A program made the translations under genes and the position numbers. Of a stretch of 64,000 bases of DNA, positions 57,899 to 64,000 are shown one piece after another. Source of the DNA: Cytophagales bacterium (lineage in GTDB: Bacteria > Bacteroidota > Bacteroidia > Cytophagales > Cyclobacteriaceae); the NCBI GenBank assembly GCA_025359125.1, contig JANYHI010000034.1, forward strand, positions 4,063 through 68,062. The letters run 5' to 3'. The stretch's first letter is position 1. Each line of letters opens with the position of its first letter. The notes beneath the pieces are model-generated. The model ran no database searches and was not told where the DNA came from. It saw nothing but the letters and a program-made list of their open reading frames with translations.

Positions 57899-58546
57899 AT
57901 GTCGCAAAAGAATAAACCTATCGTTACTATAAAAGAAGAAATTGCGAATGCCATTACACACGGAATTGGTGCGGCTTTGGCAATTGCGGGGTTAGTGTTA
58001 TTGATTGTTTTTTCTTCCTTGAGAGGCACAGTCTGGCATATAGTAAGCTTCTCTATTTTTGGTGTTACCTTAGTATTACTCTATTTTGCTTCTACGCTTT
58101 ACCACAGCCTCACTCACATAAAAGCAAAAGGTGTATTTCATAAGTTCGATCATATTTCTATTTACTTACTTATCGCAGGCACCTATACGCCATTTTGCTT
58201 AACTGTATTGAGAGGTTGGATAGGCTGGACCATGTTTGGTATTGTGTGGGCTTGTGCCATTGCTGGTGCAATATTTAAAGCCATTGATGTAGGCAAGCGC
58301 GTAAAGCTATCAACTGCCTTATATGTGTTAATGGGTTGGGTAATTTTGGTAGCTATTAAACCGCTTTATGAAGTAATGCCTTACAATGGTTTTTTATTGT
58401 TGATAGCGGGCGGAGTGTCTTATACTATTGGAACGATATTTTTTATCCGCAATCAGGTTAAGTACAATCACAGTGTGTGGCATCTTTTTGTGTTAGGTGG
58501 AAGTGTGCTGCATTTTTTCTCTGTGCTTACATTGCTAAAACTTTAA
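57899..58546 (+). CDS. Hemolysin-III/PAQR-family membrane protein
   Basis: Seven hydrophobic segments. Motifs EEIANAITHGIG, STLYHS and HSVWHLFVLGGSVLHF. Confidence 0.85.
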   Translation: MSQKNKPIVTIKEEIANAITHGIGAALAIAGLVLLIVFSSLRGTVWHIVSFSIFGVTLVLLYFASTLYHSLTHIKAKGVFHKFDHISIYLLIAGTYTPFCLTVLRGWIGWTMFGIVWACAIAGAIFKAIDVGKRVKLSTALYVLMGWVILVAIKPLYEVMPYNGFLLLIAGGVSYTIGTIFFIRNQVKYNHSVWHLFVLGGSVLHFFSVLTLLKL

Positions 58547-58597
58547 CTTATATTTTGTAATCGAAATACCATTGCATAACCTGACGAATGAAAAGGC

Positions 58598-59296
58598 CTA
58601 ATCGAACAAAGTCAGATTGCCGAATTGATCTGCAGCAGGCATTGGTAAAGTAAGTGAAGGCTTGTCTAGCTCAATTAAATTTAACTGTGGCGAAACCGTA
58701 TAACCTTCCATGGGTTGGGCATAAATAGAAGAAACTATTTCTAAAATTTCTACTTCGGTTAATACTGCTTTCAACCAATTTTTTTCTTGTTCTTTTGTCA
58801 AGATCAGCGGCATCCGATCGGTAACGGAGCTAACAATAGGATCTGTTGGTGGTGACGTGATGATAGAGAATGTATGGAACGATTCGTTATCATCTTCATA
58901 TTCTTCCCAAATCCCAGCCATGGCAAACACCTCTTTTGATTTTAAAGTAAACCGCCACGGAATAAGCGTTTTCTTTCCAACTTTTTTCCAAGCGTAAAAT
59001 CCATCAGCCGGAACTATGCAACGGTGCTTTGTTAATTTCTTTTTTAGTGCAGGCTTCTCTTCAACTTGTTCTATCCTAAGATTTATGATTCGTTCTGCTA
59101 TCGATTTATTTTTAGCCCATGTAGGAGACAAGCCCCAATAAAAAAGCGAAAAGCCTTGTGGACTTTCGTTGGTAATAACTGGAAACAGCTGAGCAGGGGC
59201 ACCATTATATTTTGGCTGAAATGAAACAGGCTCCTCTGTAGAAAAGCGTTTTGCTAATGTACTGGGTGGAACGCCAATTGAAAATCGCTCGATCAT
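58598..59296 (-). CDS. SRAP (SOS-response-associated peptidase, YedK/HMCES family) homologue lacking the catalytic Cys, Glu and His
   Basis: Family scaffold is present (YNGAP, FYWGLSPTW, INLRIE, RCIVPADGFY.WKK, .DRMPLIL). The N-terminus is MIERF rather than MCGRF, with YAW for the Glu position and TDRMP for HDRMP. Start ATG at 59296 overlaps the upstream stop (TAATG). Confidence 0.75.
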   Translation of the reverse strand: MIERFSIGVPPSTLAKRFSTEEPVSFQPKYNGAPAQLFPVITNESPQGFSLFYWGLSPTWAKNKSIAERIINLRIEQVEEKPALKKKLTKHRCIVPADGFYAWKKVGKKTLIPWRFTLKSKEVFAMAGIWEEYEDDNESFHTFSIITSPPTDPIVSSVTDRMPLILTKEQEKNWLKAVLTEVEILEIVSSIYAQPMEGYTVSPQLNLIELDKPSLTLPMPAADQFGNLTLFD

Positions 59297-60243
59297 TAGG
59301 ATTGAATAAAAGCAAGTGCCCGTAACTCCGACCAATATAAACCATTTTGGTTAAACTGTGCGAAGCCCACATGGCCGCCTCTTTCCGGTTTTTCAAATTT
59401 GATAAATGGATGATGAGCCAACTCCGGAAAGCATTCTTGGCTAAGGAATGGATCGTTTTTCGCATTGACGATCAGTGTCGGTAATTTGATGTGCTCTAAG
59501 AAACTTAGTGAGCTGGATTTAATATAATAATCAATCGCATTTTCAAAACCGTGAATGGGTGCCGTAAAATGATCATCAAATTCTAAGAGTGTTTTAATCC
59601 GATTAAGTTTAGAAACAGCAATCCCCTCTCTAAATTTTGATTTCTGAAGAACCTTTGCTTTTAAACTTCTTAAAAACCGTTGGTGGTAAATCCAGTTAGA
59701 TGGTTTTAAAATCTGAAGGCAACTATGGTACAAATCCAAAGGCACAGAAAACGCTACGGCTTTTTTCAGAGATGGATTTAAATTTTTCTGTTCGCCCAAA
59801 TATTTGAGCGTAAGGTTTCCACCCAAACTAAAACCAACGAGCGAAATCTGATCATACATTTTAGAAGCATGATTCAAAACCGTTTCTAAATCATCGGTTG
59901 CCCCGCTGTGATAAAATCGAAGTTGATTATTCATTTCGCCACTGCAACCGCGATAATTCCAGGCGAGCACATCGAAGCCGTTTTCAAAAAAAATATTCGC
60001 CATTCCCTTCACATAACTTCGTTCGGAATTGCCCTCCAGTCCGTGAGAAATGATAACAAGGTCTTTGCTTCCTTGTTTTAACCAATCTAAATCCAGAAAG
60101 TCATTATCGGGAGTTATGATTCGTTCGCGCTGATAAGATGTTAATTTTACCTTGCGAAATAGGGAAGGGAAAATTGTTTCGAAATGTTTATTAAAAAGAA
60201 TAGCGGGGGCAGAATAACTTTCTGATTTTGAAAGCGAAGTCAT
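59296..60243 (-). CDS. Alpha/beta-fold hydrolase (YheT-like)
   Basis: HGLEG oxyanion region, nucleophile elbow GFSLGG, and C-terminal GGHVGF. The ATG at 60243 overlaps the upstream stop (ATGA). Confidence 0.8.
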   Translation of the reverse strand: MTSLSKSESYSAPAILFNKHFETIFPSLFRKVKLTSYQRERIITPDNDFLDLDWLKQGSKDLVIISHGLEGNSERSYVKGMANIFFENGFDVLAWNYRGCSGEMNNQLRFYHSGATDDLETVLNHASKMYDQISLVGFSLGGNLTLKYLGEQKNLNPSLKKAVAFSVPLDLYHSCLQILKPSNWIYHQRFLRSLKAKVLQKSKFREGIAVSKLNRIKTLLEFDDHFTAPIHGFENAIDYYIKSSSLSFLEHIKLPTLIVNAKNDPFLSQECFPELAHHPFIKFEKPERGGHVGFAQFNQNGLYWSELRALAFIQS

Positions 60244-60773
60244 TTCCAATTCACACGCTTTTTTAATGAGGTAATATGGGCGAGATGATGCTCTCCATGC
60301 CACGCATAAGTTCCTAACAATTGATTCAAGCTGATTTCTTTCTTTGTTTCCGGATGGATAAATTTTCTATTCAAATCTTCAGCAGGAATTAATTTTGCCA
60401 ATGCCACCATTTTGGCGTGTAGAGCTATTAAAAAATGAATCGAAATATCAATGGGTAATTTAGTCTCATGCGTTTCGGCCCATAACTTTTCTTCATAGGC
60501 TTTAATAATTGGAGCGCTTTCTGTTAACGTCCATTTGATACGGATATAAGCGTTACAATGACTGTCTGCAAGGTGGTGTACTACTTGCCTTACTGTCCAT
60601 CCACCCTGCCGATATGGAGTGTCTAGTTGTAGATCGTTTAAAGTTGAAACGGCTTCAATTAATCTTTTGGGCAGGTTTTCAATTCTTGAAATGTATTCGG
60701 CAACATCTTGCGAAGTGTAGGAATCTTGAGGCTGAAATTTTCCTATCGGATATCGAAGATCTTCTGCTTGCAT
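60240..60773 (-). CDS. DinB/YfiT-family metal-dependent protein
   Basis: YPIGKF opening and the His triad pattern (VVHHLADSH ... WHGEHHLAHI). Confidence 0.8.
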   Translation of the reverse strand: MQAEDLRYPIGKFQPQDSYTSQDVAEYISRIENLPKRLIEAVSTLNDLQLDTPYRQGGWTVRQVVHHLADSHCNAYIRIKWTLTESAPIIKAYEEKLWAETHETKLPIDISIHFLIALHAKMVALAKLIPAEDLNRKFIHPETKKEISLNQLLGTYAWHGEHHLAHITSLKKRVNWK

Positions 60774-60778
60774 TAGAG

Positions 60779-61618
60779 TTAGTCTTTTATTGCTTCTTTA
60801 ATATCTGCTTCGCTATACTGCTTATGAAGTTTAACGGGTTTTGTTTTTGCCTTCTTATCACTTCGCTTCTTTTTAACCCGAATGTTGGTTAGCTCAATTA
60901 AAAGAGAAAATGCCACAGCAAAGTAGATGTATCCTTTTGGCACAACAAACTCAAGTGCTTCTAAAAATAGCATGAAACCAATTAATATCAGGAAGCCAAG
61001 TGCAAGTACCTCCATAGAAGGGTGTTGCTGAATAAATCTACTGATGTTGCCAGAGAAGAACATCATCACACCAATAGAAATAACTACCGCAATAATCATA
61101 ATGATTACTTGATCTACTATTCCAATGGCGGTTAATATTGAATCGAAAGAAAAAATAATATCGAGTAGAATAATCTGAAGGATAGTGGCGCTGAGGGTGG
61201 GGTGCTTTGGTTTCTTGCCATCTTCCTCTTCACCTTCTTCACCTTCCATCTCATGGTTAATTTCCATCGTGCTTTTGGCGATCAGAAACAGTCCCCCAAA
61301 TCCGAGGATCAAATCTCTGCCACTAAAGGTATGGTCTCCATGAAAGCCCATAAACTTAATTAGCCAATCAGGCATAAAGTCGCTCACCGCAAACAGAGGC
61401 TCCTTAAAACCGATAATCCACGTTATGCATAATAAGAAAGCGATGCGCACAAACATGGCCAAAAACAATCCGGTATTGCGGGCTCTCTTTCGCTGCTCTT
61501 CGGGTAGTTTATTTGATACAATAGAAATAAAAATGATGTTGTCTATACCCAATACAATCTCTAAGAAACAGAGCGTTAGAAGAGCAAGCCAAGTGTCAGC
61601 TTTTAAAAATATTTCCAT
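60779..61618 (-). CDS. TerC-family integral membrane protein
   Basis: N-terminus WLALLTLCFLEIVLGIDNIIFISIV and a second DxxFSxDS-type repeat (LLDIIFSFDSILTA). Confidence 0.85.
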   Translation of the reverse strand: MEIFLKADTWLALLTLCFLEIVLGIDNIIFISIVSNKLPEEQRKRARNTGLFLAMFVRIAFLLCITWIIGFKEPLFAVSDFMPDWLIKFMGFHGDHTFSGRDLILGFGGLFLIAKSTMEINHEMEGEEGEEEDGKKPKHPTLSATILQIILLDIIFSFDSILTAIGIVDQVIIMIIAVVISIGVMMFFSGNISRFIQQHPSMEVLALGFLILIGFMLFLEALEFVVPKGYIYFAVAFSLLIELTNIRVKKKRSDKKAKTKPVKLHKQYSEADIKEAIKD

Positions 61619-61746
61619 AGACAGGATTTGAAATTCGCATCCAAATTAAGCAAAGGCTTCAATTAAAAAAACAGCCGTTAGTAAAAGAAAATCACACATT
61701 TATAGCATTTTTGGTGCATTCTATTTTTAATTGTTGTAATTAACTC

Positions 61747-63393
61747 ATGACACCTCCTTTTTCTTTCGCTATTCGCCAGCAGGCGATCCGACAGATGACC
61801 ACCAAAGAGTTTGATTTAATAGTAATTGGTGGAGGTATTACTGGTGCCGGTATTGCATTAGATGCTGCCTCAAGAGAACTTTCTGTCGGTTTATTGGAAC
61901 AATCAGATTTTGCCTTTGGCACTAGCAGCCGATCTACCAAATTAATTCATGGTGGGCTCCGTTATTTAAAACAGCTCGAGTTTGGGTTGGTAAAAGAAGT
62001 GGGAAGTGAACGAGCCATTGTACACAGACTTGCCCCTCATTTAGTTGTTCCTGAAAAAATGCTGCTGCCTCTTTACGAAAAGAAAGGGCTTGGTTATTGG
62101 CTTACTTCCATCGGATTAAAGATGTATGATTTGCTGGCAGGGGTAAAGCCCGAAGATCAGCGGAGAATGCTTACCAGAAAACAAACGCTGAAGCGAGAGC
62201 CTTTGTTGAAACCAGAAGATGTAAAGGGAGGTGCCATTTATGCTGAATATAGAACAGATGATGCCCGGCTTACTATAGAGATTATTAAAACGGCCTTTGA
62301 AAAGGGAGCATTATTGGCCAATTACTGTAGCGTTACAGATTTTGTTTATAAGGATAAAAAAGTATCGGGTGTTAAGGTTACTGATTTGATAACAGGCACT
62401 ACATTTTCAGTTCAAGCAAAAGTAGTAGTAAATGCAGCCGGACCTTGGGTAGATGAACTGCGCGAAATCAACCACTCAAAAAAAGGTAAACGCCTTCATC
62501 TCACCAAAGGTGTACATGTGGTGGTTGCGCACGATCGTTTTCCGGTAAAGCAAGCTATCTATTTTGATGTAGAAGATGGACGAATGATTTTCGCTATTCC
62601 ACGCGGGCGAACCACTTACATAGGCACTACCGATACTAATTATAGTGGAAGTAAAAAAGATGTTACTACCTCTAAAGAAGATGCATTATACATTATTAAT
62701 GCCCTCAACAGAACTTTCCCCAAAGCAGCACTTACTTTACAGGATATTGAATCTAGTTGGGCAGGGCTAAGGCCGCTGATTCATGAAGAGGGTAAATCAG
62801 CTTCAGAGCTATCTCGCAAAGATGAAATATTTGAATCAGAAAGCGGATTGATTTCTATTGCCGGAGGTAAACTTACAGGGTATAGAAAAATGGCCGAACG
62901 CATTGTTGATAGAGTAATCAAAAACTATTTTCCTCAGCTAAATAAAAAGTGTTTAACGGAAACCATTCAGTTTACAGGATCTGATTTTAAAAACTATGAC
63001 GAAGTAAAAAATTATAAAGGTGGTTTAGCAATTCAGTTGCGCGTATTAAATCTGGAAGATTATGCAGGGTATTTAGTGCACAACTATGGCAAGCAATGCA
63101 ATACAATTATGGAGCGTCTTAAATCTAATCTTGAAAGAGATACCGAACTAGCTTTGCTCAAAGCCGAGCTTTGGTTTAGTGTAGAGTATGAAATGGTTAT
63201 TAAACCAACCGATTTTTTGGTAAGAAGAACAGGGCTTTTGTATTTTAATATCCCTCTATTGTTGAAATACAAAGATTCAATACTTCATGAATTCAAAAAC
63301 CATTTCCAATGGTCTGATCAGGTGGTAGAAAACGAATCGAACGAATTAGAAAGAGTAATTTCACTATCCCATCAATTTTTAAAAGAGAGTTAA
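61747..63393 (+). CDS. glpD: FAD-dependent glycerol-3-phosphate dehydrogenase
   Basis: FDLIVIGGGITGAGIALDAA, TSSRSTKLIHGGLRYL and a C-terminal GlpD alpha-helical domain. Confidence 0.9.
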   Translation: MTPPFSFAIRQQAIRQMTTKEFDLIVIGGGITGAGIALDAASRELSVGLLEQSDFAFGTSSRSTKLIHGGLRYLKQLEFGLVKEVGSERAIVHRLAPHLVVPEKMLLPLYEKKGLGYWLTSIGLKMYDLLAGVKPEDQRRMLTRKQTLKREPLLKPEDVKGGAIYAEYRTDDARLTIEIIKTAFEKGALLANYCSVTDFVYKDKKVSGVKVTDLITGTTFSVQAKVVVNAAGPWVDELREINHSKKGKRLHLTKGVHVVVAHDRFPVKQAIYFDVEDGRMIFAIPRGRTTYIGTTDTNYSGSKKDVTTSKEDALYIINALNRTFPKAALTLQDIESSWAGLRPLIHEEGKSASELSRKDEIFESESGLISIAGGKLTGYRKMAERIVDRVIKNYFPQLNKKCLTETIQFTGSDFKNYDEVKNYKGGLAIQLRVLNLEDYAGYLVHNYGKQCNTIMERLKSNLERDTELALLKAELWFSVEYEMVIKPTDFLVRRTGLLYFNIPLLLKYKDSILHEFKNHFQWSDQVVENESNELERVISLSHQFLKES

Positions 63394-63395
63394 TC

Positions 63396-64000
63396 ATGAA
63401 GACTATTTTGTTTTTAGTAGGGATTATTTTGATGATAGGTGCCGAGGTAGCCCGCGTTTACTACATCATGCCCTTTCCGGGAAGTCAGGTAGATACGGTA
63501 ATTGACTTAGCATATTTCATTCAAAAATATATCTGGATTTTCCGATTGGTAGGAATAACATTGATCGCTTATCCTGCATTTGATTTTATAGTTGGAGCTA
63601 ATCCGTATTACAAATGGACAGCGGCATCGCTGCTAGCTTTTTGGGTTATTGTGGTCTACGCATTCAACTTTCAGTTTTTGGCAGACAAAATGTTCTATCA
63701 GCCTGAGTCTGTTGTACTGCTGTCAAAAAATGAAAGCAAGGTAAATGTAGATCAGTTAATTATTGGGATTTCAATCAATGGCCAAGCGAAGGCATACCCG
63801 ATAGAAATAATTGGGTATCATCATCAGGTAAGAGACACCCTTGGCGGGAAAGAAGTGATGATTACCTATTGCACGGTGTGCCGAAGTGGTCGTGTTTATC
63901 TTCCGTTAGTCGATGGAAAACCGGAAACGTTCAGGCTCGTGGGCATGGATCACTACAACGCTATGTTTGAAGATGCTGCTACCAAAAGTTGGTGGCGCCA
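63396..64000 (+). CDS. DUF3179-family protein (3' end beyond the window)
   Basis: ATG at 63396 lies 3 nt after the glpD stop, and the frame stays open to the window end. N-terminal TM segments, then AKAYPIEIIGYHHQV and ITYCTVCRSG motifs. Absent from the ORF track because it is truncated. Confidence 0.7.
   Translation, partial: MKTILFLVGIILMIGAEVARVYYIMPFPGSQVDTVIDLAYFIQKYIWIFRLVGITLIAYPAFDFIVGANPYYKWTAASLLAFWVIVVYAFNFQFLADKMFYQPESVVLLSKNESKVNVDQLIIGISINGQAKAYPIEIIGYHHQVRDTLGGKEVMITYCTVCRSGRVYLPLVDGKPETFRLVGMDHYNAMFEDAATKSWWR

Noticed and set aside
61619-61746. Possible yybP-ykoY (manganese) riboswitch upstream of the TerC-family gene.
   Set aside because: Reading the minus-strand leader, I find none of the conserved GGGGAGUAG or GAGAGAC-type elements. 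The region is AT-rich and unstructured.

Overview
This 64 kb window looks like a low-GC Bacteroidota chromosome. Supporting signs are a SusC/SusD pair, TAnnTTTG-type promoter motifs, a long-form IspG, and many OmpA, LysM and lipoprotein envelope genes. About 60 protein-coding genes are densely packed on both strands. Most are core or peripheral metabolism (guaA, hutI, apt, icmF, kdsB, tex, glpF, glpK, glpD, ispG, mlaEF-like). I recognised no rRNA, tRNA, CRISPR array, transposase, integrase, restriction-modification gene or other canonical defence gene, so I see no classical mobile or defence island.

The most coherent candidate system is a ~15 kb organophosphorus-acquisition locus at 25.2-40.3 kb. 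It holds an atypical phosphonate-catabolism set: a PhnZ-like HD protein interrupted by a frameshift, a PhnX-like DxAGT hydrolase, a TIGR03364-like FAD oxidase, a PHP phosphoesterase, a 12-TM transporter and an XRE-cupin regulator. These genes sit divergently next to a SusC/SusD pair and two secreted phosphoesterases, with no glycoside hydrolase in the locus.

Other points worth a second look:
- An SRAP (YedK/HMCES-family) homologue lacks all three catalytic residues and ends a tightly coupled TerC-DinB-hydrolase operon.
- A 62% GC structured intergenic element lies at 17.46-17.70 kb.
- Two related 42-nt hairpin-capable segments sit in frame inside icmF.
- A PLD-like protein has a degenerate HKD motif, within a patch of uncharacterised small genes.
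- A DUF4160/DUF2442 pair has ATA where its start codon should be.
- A dyad-plus-repeat motif lies between glpF and glpK.

Functional calls rest on motif recognition by eye and remembered family signatures. No database search was run.
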